This document shows positions 51,927 through 61,175 of a DNA stretch of 64,000 nucleotides, one piece after another. This stretch comes from an uncultured Actinomycetota bacterium (lineage in GTDB: Bacteria; Actinomycetota; Actinomycetes; JAHEKZ01). The DNA is taken from positions 1,440,001-1,504,000 of the forward strand of contig CAWHIJ010000003.1 of the NCBI GenBank assembly GCA_963829525.1. The letters are read 5' to 3'. Within the stretch, counting starts at the first letter, position 1. Every line of letters begins with the position of its first letter. The notes under the pieces are model-generated. The model did not search any database and had not been told where the DNA came from. It was given only the letters and a program-made list of their open reading frames with translations. The position numbers and the translations under genes are program-made.

Positions 51927-52925
51927 TCAGGCGCGGGGGTCGGGGCTCTCGGTCTTGGCGGGGTCGCGTTCGACGACGTCGCCAAGCACCGTGTCGATCT
52001 TGGCGAGCAGCTCAGGCTCTAGGCGGACGCCAGATGCCCCGGCGTTGTCCTTCACCTGCTCGGGGCGGGACGCCCCGACGATCGCGGCGGCGACGTTGTC
52101 GTTCTGCAGCACCCAGGCGATCGCGAGCTGAGCCATCGTGAGTTCGGCCTCTTCTGCGATGGGCTTCAACTGCTGGACCCGGGACAAGATGTCGTCGCGG
52201 AGGTAGTCCTCCATCATGTCGGCGCCATCTGAGGTGGTAGCCCTGCTGCCGGCCGGAAGCTGTGCGCCCGGTAGGTACTTGCCGGTGAGTACACCCTGGG
52301 CCATGGGTGACCAGACGATCTGTGAAAGCCCGAGCTCCCTGCTCGTCGGGACGACCTGGTCCTCGATCACTCGCCAGAGCATCGAGTACTCCGGCTGGCT
52401 CGACACGAACCGGTCGTAGCCGAGTTCCCGCTGCATGGTGACGGCGTCCTGGATCTGGCTCGCCTTCCACTCCGACACTCCGGCGTAGAGGACTTTGCCC
52501 TGACGGATCAGGTCGTCGAACGCGTGGAGCACCTCGTCGAGCGGAGTCTCATAGTCGAATCGATGTGCCTGGTAGAGGTCGACGTGGTCGGTGCCGAGTC
52601 GCTTCAGCGATGCGTGGCACGACTCCATGATGTGCTTGCGCGAGAGTCCACGGTCGTTCATGCCGTGGCCCGTCGGCCAGTACACCTTGGTGAAGATCTC
52701 GAGGCCCTCACGACGCTGTCCGGCGAGAGCCACACCCAGTGCGCTCTCGGCCTTGCCCCAGGCGTACACGTCCGCGGTGTCGAAGGTTGTGATGCCGACG
52801 TCGAGAGCGGCGTGCACACATGCGGTGGCCGCCTCCTGGTCGATCTGGGCGCCGTGAGTGAGCCAGTTGCCGTAGGTGATCTCGGTGATCTTGAGGCCGC
52901 TGCGGCCGAGGCGTCGATATTCCAT
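51927..52925 (-). CDS. Aldo/keto reductase (Kv beta-like)
   Basis: YRRLGRSGL, FDTADVY, DLYQAHRFD, GVSEW, WSPMAQGVLTGKY. Confidence 0.93.
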   Translation of the reverse strand: MEYRRLGRSGLKITEITYGNWLTHGAQIDQEAATACVHAALDVGITTFDTADVYAWGKAESALGVALAGQRREGLEIFTKVYWPTGHGMNDRGLSRKHIMESCHASLKRLGTDHVDLYQAHRFDYETPLDEVLHAFDDLIRQGKVLYAGVSEWKASQIQDAVTMQRELGYDRFVSSQPEYSMLWRVIEDQVVPTSRELGLSQIVWSPMAQGVLTGKYLPGAQLPAGSRATTSDGADMMEDYLRDDILSRVQQLKPIAEEAELTMAQLAIAWVLQNDNVAAAIVGASRPEQVKDNAGASGVRLEPELLAKIDTVLGDVVERDPAKTESPDPRA

Positions 52926-53038
52926 GGCGCGACCCTAGCCCGCAGCCGATCGCTCGCACCCTGACAGGTGAGTCGCTGCCCTTGACCGACGTTGTCGTTC
53001 AGGCCTTTGATGGGGTCCTTCCATTGTGAGGAGCCACC

Positions 53039-53362
53039 ATGGGCAAGTACCTCTTGAAAGTTTCGTACAGCGCTGAAGGCATTAAGGGGGTCATGAAGGA
53101 AGGCGGCACTTCCCGGGTCACCGCGATCGAGAAGATCCTGGAGAGTGTTGGTGGATCGCTGGAGTCGTTCTACTTCGCATTCGGCGCCGATGACGTCTAT
53201 GTGATCGCCAAAGTCCCCGACCAAGCAACGGCGATGGCTGTCGCCGCTGCGGTGGGCTCATCCGGCGCGATCAGCAGCTACGAGACCGTGGTGCTCGTCG
53301 AGCCGAGCGAGGTCGACGCTGCGACGAAGATCACCGTGGGCTACCGGGCACCTGGGGCCTAG
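53039..53362 (+). CDS. GYD domain-containing protein
   Basis: KYLLKVSYSAEG...GGSLESFYFAFGADDVYVI. Confidence 0.85.
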   Translation: MGKYLLKVSYSAEGIKGVMKEGGTSRVTAIEKILESVGGSLESFYFAFGADDVYVIAKVPDQATAMAVAAAVGSSGAISSYETVVLVEPSEVDAATKITVGYRAPGA

Positions 53363-53395
53363 TCCCACACACTGAACGGGTGACAGGATCGCCCC

Positions 53396-54412
53396 ATGAC
53401 GTCCTCATCGAGTTCTGACCTGCCCACCATCGCGTTCGGCACCACCGGCATGGACATCACCCGCGTCGGGTTCGGTGCCTGGGCGGTCGGCGGCACCGGA
53501 TGGTCTGGCGGGTGGGGCCCACAAGACGACTCCGAGTCTGTCGCGGCGATCCGACGAGCCGTTGAACGCGGCGTCAACTGGGTCGACACCGCCTGGGTCT
53601 ACGGGTACGGCCACAGCGAGGAAGTCGTGCGCGAGGCGCTCTCGGTCTTCTCTGACAGCGACCGGCCCTACGTGTTTACCAAGTGCGGTCCGATCGAGCC
53701 GAAGATGCGCACCGAGGAGCCGCTGGCGACCGGTGACCCCAAGGTGCTGCGCGAGCAGGTGGTCGCGTCGCTACGACGGCTGGGCACCGACTCGGTGGAC
53801 CTCATGCAGATGCACTGGGAAGCTGAGGACGGCGTCGAGCTGGAGGTCTACTGGCAGGCGCTGCTGGACATGAAGACCGAGGGGCTCTACCGCGCCATCG
53901 GACTCAGCAACTTCGACACGGCGCAGCTCGAGCGTGCTGAGGCACTCGGGCACGTCGACACCTTGCAGCCGCCGTTCTCGGCGATCGACAGGCGGGCTGG
54001 CGCCGACCTGCTCCCGTGGTGCCGTAAGCACGACACCGGGGTCATCGTGTACTCACCCATGCACGCAGGTCTGCTCACTGGTGCGTTCTCGGCCGAGCGG
54101 GTGGCGTCGCTGCCTGATGACGACTGGCGCAAGAGCGACGACGACTTCACCAAGAACCTTGCGGCTAACCTCGCAGTGGCGGAGGCGATGGCGAAGGTCG
54201 CCGAGCGGCACGGCGTCCCGACGGCGGCGGCGGCAGCAGCTTGGACGATCGCTTGGCCAGGGGTGTCAGGGGCCATCGTCGGAGCCAGAAGTGCGGCGCA
54301 GGTTGACGGCTGGGTAGATGCGGCGACGATGGAGTACGACGCCGACGACCTGCAGATCGTGGCCGACGCGATCGCGGCATCAGGTGCCGGTGAGGGTCCG
54401 GTCAGGCCCTGA
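53396..54412 (+). CDS. Aldo/keto reductase
   Basis: VGFGAWAVGG, VDTAWVYG, FTKCG, IGLSNF, YSPMHAGLLTG. Confidence 0.93.
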   Translation: MTSSSSSDLPTIAFGTTGMDITRVGFGAWAVGGTGWSGGWGPQDDSESVAAIRRAVERGVNWVDTAWVYGYGHSEEVVREALSVFSDSDRPYVFTKCGPIEPKMRTEEPLATGDPKVLREQVVASLRRLGTDSVDLMQMHWEAEDGVELEVYWQALLDMKTEGLYRAIGLSNFDTAQLERAEALGHVDTLQPPFSAIDRRAGADLLPWCRKHDTGVIVYSPMHAGLLTGAFSAERVASLPDDDWRKSDDDFTKNLAANLAVAEAMAKVAERHGVPTAAAAAAWTIAWPGVSGAIVGARSAAQVDGWVDAATMEYDADDLQIVADAIAASGAGEGPVRP

Positions 54413-54438
54413 GACTTTCCCCAGGATGACTGCGGAAC

Positions 54439-54470
54439 TTGTTGCGCCACCGCGGGTGAATGCGTCGTTC
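54439..54470 (+). repeat. Dispersed 32-bp intergenic repeat, copy 2
   Basis: ttgttgcgc-cac-cgcgggtgaatgcgtcgttc; matches 30140-30171. Confidence 0.75.
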
Positions 54471-54476
54471 TTGAGG

Positions 54477-55094
54477 TCAGGGGGTGAAGGCCTTGACCTC
54501 GCCCTTGGTGTACTGACGCGTCCAGCCTCGCTCCACCTTGGGGACCGGAAGCCGTCGTTTGCGCGACTGGATCGACCTGCCGAAACCGTAGGCGAGGGCA
54601 CCCCGCCGTTCGGACGCATCGGGTAGCTCGCGGGCGAGAGCGCGCCGGAGCCCCAAGAGCGACAGCCCGGTGTCAACGGTGATCAGCACGTAGAAACCGA
54701 GCAGCACGACCGTCGAACTTTGCTGCAGCGCGGGGACTGGCAGGAAGAGCAGCACGAGTGCGGAGATCACAACGGGCCAAAAGAGCTCACCGATGTTCCG
54801 ACGTCCATCGACCCAGTTGCGAGCCAGGTGTCGCCCCTTGCCCTGGTCGCGCGCGGGGTATAGGCGCTCGTCGCCGCCCCGGAGGGCATCCATGGTCTGT
54901 TGGCGCTCTTTCGCCTTTTCCGCCTTCATCCGGGCCTTGGCCTCGCGGCGGTCCTTCGGTGGGGCCATCTTCTGACGCCTGGCAGCCTCGGACTCCTTCC
55001 GCTTCGGTGTCGGTCGCCCCTTGCCTCCGTCGCCTGCGGCATCCGGGGTGGGCTGCACCTCGGGAGCGGTTGGGTCCTTCTTCCGGCTGAACAC
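54477..55094 (-). CDS. DUF3043 family protein
   Basis: GKGRPTPKRKE, GDERLYPARDQG, VDGRRNIGE, two TM helices, RRLPVPKVERG. Confidence 0.9.
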   Translation of the reverse strand: MFSRKKDPTAPEVQPTPDAAGDGGKGRPTPKRKESEAARRQKMAPPKDRREAKARMKAEKAKERQQTMDALRGGDERLYPARDQGKGRHLARNWVDGRRNIGELFWPVVISALVLLFLPVPALQQSSTVVLLGFYVLITVDTGLSLLGLRRALARELPDASERRGALAYGFGRSIQSRKRRLPVPKVERGWTRQYTKGEVKAFTP

Positions 55095-55213
55095 AGGGCC
55101 AGGCTAGACGCGGCCAGATCTTGGCTGGAGAGGAGGGGACCATCGCCCTGGAGGTGGCTCGCTCTGGGTGCATAGGCTGAACGCGCCGTTCCAGTCATCG
55201 ATAAGGGGAGTTC

Positions 55214-56770
55214 ATGCGCGTCACGTCCATCGGTCACGCCGGTTTGCACATCCAGACCGCGCACGGGGCGATCCTCTGTGACCCATGGTTCTCGCCGGCC
55301 TACTTCGCGTCGTGGTACCCCTTCCCGGCCAACGATGGTCTCGACATGGAGCGGCTCGGACGTTCGGAGTACCTCTACGTCTCGCACCTGCACCTTGACC
55401 ACTACGACCCGGAGTGGCTGGCCAGGTACATGGACAAGGACACGACGGTCCTGCTGCCCGACTACGGCGTCAGCGACCTGCGCGATGCCCTGTCTGCGCT
55501 CGGTTTCCACCGGTTCATCGCGACGAAGAACGCTGAACCGTTCGAGCACGATGGCTTGACCCTGATGATCGTGGCGATGACGGCGCCGAACGACGGACCG
55601 CTCGGTGACTCCTGTCTTGCCGTTGACGACGGAACGGCTGCGTTCCTCAACCAGAACGACTGCCGCCCGACCGACCTCGAACCGATCGTGCAGTTCGGTC
55701 AGTATGACGGACACTCGCTGCAGTACTCCGGTGCGATTTGGTTTCCGATGGTCTACGACCTCCCGTCGCACGTGAAGGAAGGGCTCGGCGAGCGTAAGCG
55801 AGCCAACGGCCTCGACCGAGCTCGTCGGTATGCGGAGGCAGTCGGTGCGCGCTGGGTGCTACCGAACTCCGGACCCCCCGCCTTCCTCGACGACGACCTC
55901 TTCGAGATCAACGACTTCGGGCAGAAGGGAAACGTCTTCCCCGACCAACGAGTCTTCTTGGACTACATGGCCTCGATGGGCGATGAGAACGGTCTGTTCG
56001 TATCGACCGGCACTACCGTCACTTTGGACCGCGAGTCAGGCACTGCTGAGGTCGTTCACCCGGCTTCGGACGCCGAGACGCTGTATCCCTTCACCCACAA
56101 GCGCGAGTACCTCACCGAGTACGCGGCGCGCACGGAAGCTGACCGCGAGGCGCGCAAGCTGACGTGGACGTCCACCAGCGAGCCGTTGCTGCCGCAGCTG
56201 AAGGAGTGGTGGGAGCCGCTGATGCAGCAGATGCCGACGCTGTGCGGACGTCTGGGGGACCGCGTGCTCATCACGACCGAGCACGAAGAGATCCTCGCTG
56301 ACTTTGTCGACCAGGTCGTGGTGCCGTATGACGGCCAAGAGAGCCGGTACCAGCTGAAGATCGAGGACCGGTTGATCCGCCACTGTGTCGAGAATCGCCT
56401 GGCCGACTGGGTGAACGAGCTCTTCCTCTCCTGCCGGTTCCAAGCCAAGCGCAAAGGCCCCTACAACGAGCAGGTCTACACCTGGTTCAAGTCGCTCTCG
56501 ACCGAGCACGCTGTCTACGTCGAGGACTGGCTTGAGACTGACCGTGAGTCGCACGAGATGTGGCGCTTTGGTGACCACCTGGTGCAGCGCCACTGCCCGC
56601 ACCTCGGCGCCGACCTCGCGCGCTTTGGTGATGTCGAGGACGGCGTCCTCACCTGCCAGCTGCACGGATGGCAGTTCGACATCGACTCCGGCCGCTGCCT
56701 GACTTCGGACGACGCCACCCTCACGAGCAAGCGGATTGCCCACCGCGAGCCTGAGGACATCGGCGCCTGA
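55214..56770 (+). CDS. MBL-fold metallo-hydrolase with C-terminal Rieske [2Fe-2S] domain
   Basis: IGHAG, LCDPW, SHLHLDH; C-terminal HCPHLG...CQLHGWQFD. Confidence 0.9.
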   Translation: MRVTSIGHAGLHIQTAHGAILCDPWFSPAYFASWYPFPANDGLDMERLGRSEYLYVSHLHLDHYDPEWLARYMDKDTTVLLPDYGVSDLRDALSALGFHRFIATKNAEPFEHDGLTLMIVAMTAPNDGPLGDSCLAVDDGTAAFLNQNDCRPTDLEPIVQFGQYDGHSLQYSGAIWFPMVYDLPSHVKEGLGERKRANGLDRARRYAEAVGARWVLPNSGPPAFLDDDLFEINDFGQKGNVFPDQRVFLDYMASMGDENGLFVSTGTTVTLDRESGTAEVVHPASDAETLYPFTHKREYLTEYAARTEADREARKLTWTSTSEPLLPQLKEWWEPLMQQMPTLCGRLGDRVLITTEHEEILADFVDQVVVPYDGQESRYQLKIEDRLIRHCVENRLADWVNELFLSCRFQAKRKGPYNEQVYTWFKSLSTEHAVYVEDWLETDRESHEMWRFGDHLVQRHCPHLGADLARFGDVEDGVLTCQLHGWQFDIDSGRCLTSDDATLTSKRIAHREPEDIGA

Positions 56771-56784
56771 CGGCGCTTCACCTC

Positions 56785-57807
56785 GTGCGCATCCTCTTCG
56801 CGCCGGACAAGTTCGCCGGGACGCTGACAGCGGTCGAAGCCGCTGCTGCGCTCGTCGAAGGTTGGCGCGATGTGGCACCCGCTGACGAGCTGGTCGAGCG
56901 GCCGATGTCTGACGGTGGGCCGGGATTCGTCGATGCCATCGCAACCGCCACCGGTACCGACGCCTTCCTGGTGTCCACGTCAGGCCCTCATGGCATCGCT
57001 GTGCAGGCCCCCGTCCTGGTTGTCGCCGGTGACGTGCGCACGGCCTACCTGGAAGCTGCTACCTGTTGTGGCCTCCCGCTGGCTGCCGAGCCACGGCGCC
57101 CTTTGGACGCCTCCAGCAACGGGCTCACCGCCCTGATCGAGGCAGCGATTGCCTCTGGTGCCGAGCGCATCGTGGTTGGGGTTGGCGGCACGGCGTCAAC
57201 CGACGGTGGGCGGCCGGTGGTCGAAGCGCTCGAGGGCCTGATGCCTGTCGACGTCGAGTTCCTCGTGGCTACCGACGTCGAGAGCCCGCTGCTCGGTGTG
57301 GCAGGGGCGGCTCGGTCGTTCGCGCCACAAAAGGGGGCGAACGACGCCGAGGTGGCCGAGCTGGAGCGGAGGCTCACCGATTGGGCTGCCGGCAGCGCCC
57401 TCGACCCGGCTCGGCCAGGTGCTGGTGCCGGTGGCGGTCTCGGGTACGGCCTGATGCGGCTGGGTGCCCGAAGAGTCAGTGGCGCCGGTGTCGTTGCCGA
57501 CGCCGTTGGGTTGGACGCGGAGGTGATGGCATCTGACCTCGTGGTCACGGGGGAAGGGTCCCTCGACTTCTCCTCCTTGCGCGGCAAGGTCGTGTCCTTC
57601 GTGGCCGGACGCGCTCAGGCAGTGGCTCGCCCGTGTGTGGCGGTGGTTGGAACCAGCTCGGTCGGACGCCGCGAGGCAGCGTCAGCTGGAATCGACGAGA
57701 TCTACTCGATGGTCGAGGCGGTGGGGCAGTCGATTTCCATGCGCCAGGCGGCTGAGGCCCTTCGCCTGGTAGCTGCTGCCGCAGCTGGGGACTGGTCGCG
57801 CCGTTGA
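56785..57807 (+). CDS. Glycerate kinase
   Basis: APDKFAGTL, PMSDGGPG, GGTASTDGG, FAPQKGA, GAGAGGGLG, TGEG. Confidence 0.9.
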   Translation: MRILFAPDKFAGTLTAVEAAAALVEGWRDVAPADELVERPMSDGGPGFVDAIATATGTDAFLVSTSGPHGIAVQAPVLVVAGDVRTAYLEAATCCGLPLAAEPRRPLDASSNGLTALIEAAIASGAERIVVGVGGTASTDGGRPVVEALEGLMPVDVEFLVATDVESPLLGVAGAARSFAPQKGANDAEVAELERRLTDWAAGSALDPARPGAGAGGGLGYGLMRLGARRVSGAGVVADAVGLDAEVMASDLVVTGEGSLDFSSLRGKVVSFVAGRAQAVARPCVAVVGTSSVGRREAASAGIDEIYSMVEAVGQSISMRQAAEALRLVAAAAAGDWSRR

Positions 57808-57900
57808 GTGGCAGCGGTAGTTGTATGTCACCATGGGAATGGCCCCCCACCGTCGAGGTGTTGGCCTGATCACCGACTGCTCCGGAGGAGACCTCCCGCC

Positions 57901-58290
57901 ATGACCGTTCAGAATGATTCCGCGACCGTCACCGAGCCCGCGACCGAGCCGACCGCAGAGACGGCGACGGGAGTGACTCTTACCGATGGCGCCGCCACCA
58001 AGGTCAAGGCCCTGCTCGAGCAAGAGGGACGCACAGACCTGGCCCTGCGAATCGCGGTGCAGCCTGGTGGTTGTTCTGGTCTGCGTTACCAGCTCTTCTT
58101 CGACGACCGCCAGCTCGAAGGTGACGACGTCCTCATCTATGAAGGATTCAGCCTCGTCGTCGACCGGATGAGCGTGCCCTACCTCGGTGGGGCAACGATC
58201 GACTTCGTGGACACGATCGAGAAGCAGGGGTTCACGATCGACAACCCCAACGCGACAGGCTCGTGCGCCTGTGGCGACTCGTTCAACTGA
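57901..58290 (+). CDS. erpA: HesB/IscA/ErpA family Fe-S cluster insertion protein
   Basis: VQPGGCSGLRY, NPNATGSCACGDSF; ATG at 57901. Confidence 0.93.
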   Translation: MTVQNDSATVTEPATEPTAETATGVTLTDGAATKVKALLEQEGRTDLALRIAVQPGGCSGLRYQLFFDDRQLEGDDVLIYEGFSLVVDRMSVPYLGGATIDFVDTIEKQGFTIDNPNATGSCACGDSFN

Positions 58291-58389
58291 CCGGACGCTG
58301 ACGCTGGACGTCCGCCAGGACACTGGGCGCCCCGAGAGCGGCGTGGTCACTACGGTTCTCCCGTAGCCCACATCGACCGAGGAGCCCGC

Positions 58390-59418
58390 ATGACCGAGCA
58401 GACGGCAGACTGGCGCCCTGACCACGGCCTGAGTGTCGGCCGGATCGCGGTCACCGGCTCGGTGGCGACCGACCATCTGATGACCTTCTCCGGCCGCTTT
58501 TCCGAGGCGCTGATCCCCGAGAAGCTCAGCTCTCTGTCCGTGTCGTTCCTCGTCGACGACCTCGAGGTTCGTCGCGGTGGGGTTGGTGCGAACATCGCCT
58601 TCGGACTTGGCGTTCTCGGTCTGCGGCCCGTCCTGGTGGCGGCCGTCGGGGAGGACTTCGACGACTACCGGTCGTGGCTCGGTCGTCACGGTGTCGACAC
58701 CGACGCGGTTCACGTCAGCGACACCCACCACACGGCGCGGTTCGTCTGCACCACCGACGCCGACCAGAACCAGATCGCCTCGTTCTATGCCGGTGCAATG
58801 GTTGCAGCTCGCGACATCGAGCTCGGGCCCGTCCTGGAGCGGTCCGGTGGAGTGGGCCTGGTGATCATCGGCGCCGACGACCCAAGGGCCATGCTCAACC
58901 ACACCCAGGAGTGCCGTCAGCGGGGACTGCCTTTCGCCGCCGACCCCTCGCAGCAGCTGAGCAGTCTGTCCAGCGACGACACCAAGAGCCTCATCACCGG
59001 CGCGACAGTGCTGTTCAGCAACGAGTACGAGTCGGCACTGATCGAGCAGCGGACCGGTTGGTCCATCGACGACATCCTCGACCGGGTCGCCATCAGGGTC
59101 ACCACTTTGGGGAAGCACGGGGCGCGGGTGGAGCGACAGGGGCGCCCCTCCATCGAGGTCACCGTTCCCCGCGAGACGAGGGCGGCCGACCCCACGGGCG
59201 TCGGCGATGCCTTTCGGGCCGGGTTCCTGGCTGGCCTGGCGTGGGAGGTCAGCCTGGAGCGGGCGGCCCAGGTTGGCTGCCTGCTGGCGACTTACGTGGT
59301 CGAGACCGTCGGCACCCAGGAGTACCGGTTTGACCGCGGCGGGTTCCTGGCCCGCTTCGAGGAGGCCTACGGGAGCGCGGCGAGCGCCGAGCTCGACGCC
59401 GCCTGGCCGCGCGTCTGA
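58390..59418 (+). CDS. adoK: PfkB family carbohydrate kinase (actinobacterial adenosine kinase type)
   Basis: TGSVATDHLM, RRGGVGANIA, ADPSQQL, DPTGVGDAFRAGF. Confidence 0.85.
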   Translation: MTEQTADWRPDHGLSVGRIAVTGSVATDHLMTFSGRFSEALIPEKLSSLSVSFLVDDLEVRRGGVGANIAFGLGVLGLRPVLVAAVGEDFDDYRSWLGRHGVDTDAVHVSDTHHTARFVCTTDADQNQIASFYAGAMVAARDIELGPVLERSGGVGLVIIGADDPRAMLNHTQECRQRGLPFAADPSQQLSSLSSDDTKSLITGATVLFSNEYESALIEQRTGWSIDDILDRVAIRVTTLGKHGARVERQGRPSIEVTVPRETRAADPTGVGDAFRAGFLAGLAWEVSLERAAQVGCLLATYVVETVGTQEYRFDRGGFLARFEEAYGSAASAELDAAWPRV

Positions 59419-59427
59419 GGCCACCCG

Positions 59428-60141
59428 GTGCCAACAGAGCCGCCGCCCAGCAACTGGGCCCTGCCCGACCTCGATCGACTGGACCCAGAACTTGCCGACG
59501 AGGACCTCGTCGGACTCGGCGCCGACCTGGAACCGGGCACCCTCCTGGCGGCCTACCGCACGGGGCTCTTTCCCATGCATGTCGCATTCGACAGCGGAGA
59601 GGAGAGGTCGGAGGTCATCGGCTGGTGGTCACCGCAGCCACGCGGCGTCCTGCCCCTGGACCGGCTGGTCGTCAGTCGCTCGCTCCGTCAGTCTTGCCGC
59701 CGACTGCGTACGACCGTCGACCACGCCTTTGACGCTGTGGTGGAGGGCTGCGCCGACCGTGGCGCGGAGGGGCAGTGGATCAATGGCGAGATCCGCACCG
59801 CCTACCGTCGGTTGCACGATCTGGGATGGGCGCACAGCATCGAGACCTGGCAGGGCGACGACCTGGTTGGCGGGCTCTACGGGGTGTCGGTGGGGGGTCT
59901 GTTCGCGGGGGAGTCGATGTTCTACCGGGTCACCGACGCCTCGAAGGTGGCGCTCGTCAGGCTTGCCGAGCTTCTCCTGGCGGACGGGCGCCAGCGGCTC
60001 TTGGATGTGCAATGGGTCACCCCGCACCTAGCCTCCCTGGGGGCGGTCGAGATCGCGCGTGAGGAGTACCGCAGACGGCTCAGTTCGGCCCTGTCCGAAC
60101 CGCCTCCACCGGCATGGGGAGAAGCGCTCGGCCCGCCCTGA
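59428..60141 (+). CDS. aat: Leucyl/phenylalanyl-tRNA--protein transferase
   Basis: AYRTGLFP, WWSPQPRG, AHSIETW, GGLYGV..GGLFAGESMF, DASKVAL, LDVQW. Confidence 0.95.
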   Translation: MPTEPPPSNWALPDLDRLDPELADEDLVGLGADLEPGTLLAAYRTGLFPMHVAFDSGEERSEVIGWWSPQPRGVLPLDRLVVSRSLRQSCRRLRTTVDHAFDAVVEGCADRGAEGQWINGEIRTAYRRLHDLGWAHSIETWQGDDLVGGLYGVSVGGLFAGESMFYRVTDASKVALVRLAELLLADGRQRLLDVQWVTPHLASLGAVEIAREEYRRRLSSALSEPPPPAWGEALGPP

Positions 60142-60332
60142 ACGCTCCGTGGCCAACCGTCTCGACGGTCGTTGCCGGAGGTTGGCCCGACACGTCTGAG
60201 ATCAACTTCGCCCCGACCTGCCTTACCCCCCTGACCTGCGCTAGCGTGGGCGCGTCAACCATGTTTCGTCCGCCTCGGCGGTGTCCCTCATGGGCGCGCC
60301 GCCACCTGCCTGTTCGAGGAGATTGACCGCTC

Positions 60333-61175
60333 GTGATGTCCGATCGCGTCGCCCCCGTACGCCGCCACCGTTTGGTGGCCGTCGTCGTCGGCAGTGTGCT
60401 CCTTCTGGCTCTCTCGGGCTGCTCGGTGGATGACCTGCAGAACCAGATCTCGATTCCTGACCCCAAGTCAGACACCGGCGACGTGATCTTCCATCTCTGG
60501 CAGGCCACCTGGATAGCCCTCTGGGTGATCGGCGCCTTCACCTTGGCGCTCATTCTTGGCGCCCCGTGGTTCTATCGCCGTCGGAACCAGGACGATGTCC
60601 CGAAGCAGACCCGGTACAACGTGCCGATCGAGGTGCTTTACACCGTCACTCCGATGATCGTGATCATGGTTTTCGCGTGGTACACCATCCGTGACAGCAA
60701 CGAGATCACTGCCGTCGAGAACAACCAGTCCCAGACCGTTAACGTCGTCGGCTACCAGTGGAACTGGGGATTCAACTACACCGACGAGGATGTCTACGAG
60801 GTCGGAACGCCCAGCGATCTGCCGACGCTCTACTTACCGGTCGGCGAGAAGGTGCAGTTCGTCTTGACCTCACCAGACGTCATCCACTCGTTCTGGATCC
60901 CAGACTTCCTGATGAAGATGGACGTCATCCCGGGGCGGGCCAACACGTTTGAGATCACTCCGACCGTCGAGGGACGGTTCACGGGCAAGTGCGCCGAGCT
61001 GTGCGGCACCTATCACTCGCAGATGCTTTTCTGGGTCGAGGTCGTCAGCCCAGATGAATTCGACCAGAAGATGGAAGAGTTGCGACTGGCCGGCCAGACC
61101 GGAGAGCTCGACACCGGACGATCCAACACTGACGCCCGAGACCTGGGCAACACTCGAATTGGGGAGGACTCGTGA
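60333..61175 (+). CDS. ctaC: Cytochrome c oxidase subunit II
   Basis: Lipobox [29 protein letters not shown] CuA motif. Confidence 0.96.
   Translation: MMSDRVAPVRRHRLVAVVVGSVLLLALSGCSVDDLQNQISIPDPKSDTGDVIFHLWQATWIALWVIGAFTLALILGAPWFYRRRNQDDVPKQTRYNVPIEVLYTVTPMIVIMVFAWYTIRDSNEITAVENNQSQTVNVVGYQWNWGFNYTDEDVYEVGTPSDLPTLYLPVGEKVQFVLTSPDVIHSFWIPDFLMKMDVIPGRANTFEITPTVEGRFTGKCAELCGTYHSQMLFWVEVVSPDEFDQKMEELRLAGQTGELDTGRSNTDARDLGNTRIGEDS

Noticed and set aside
57682-59580. 632-aa minus-strand ORF, and many other long antisense ORFs such as 61013-62110, 39048-40460 and 11278-12189
   Set aside because: Shadow ORFs of well-supported genes, expected in high-GC DNA; no motifs
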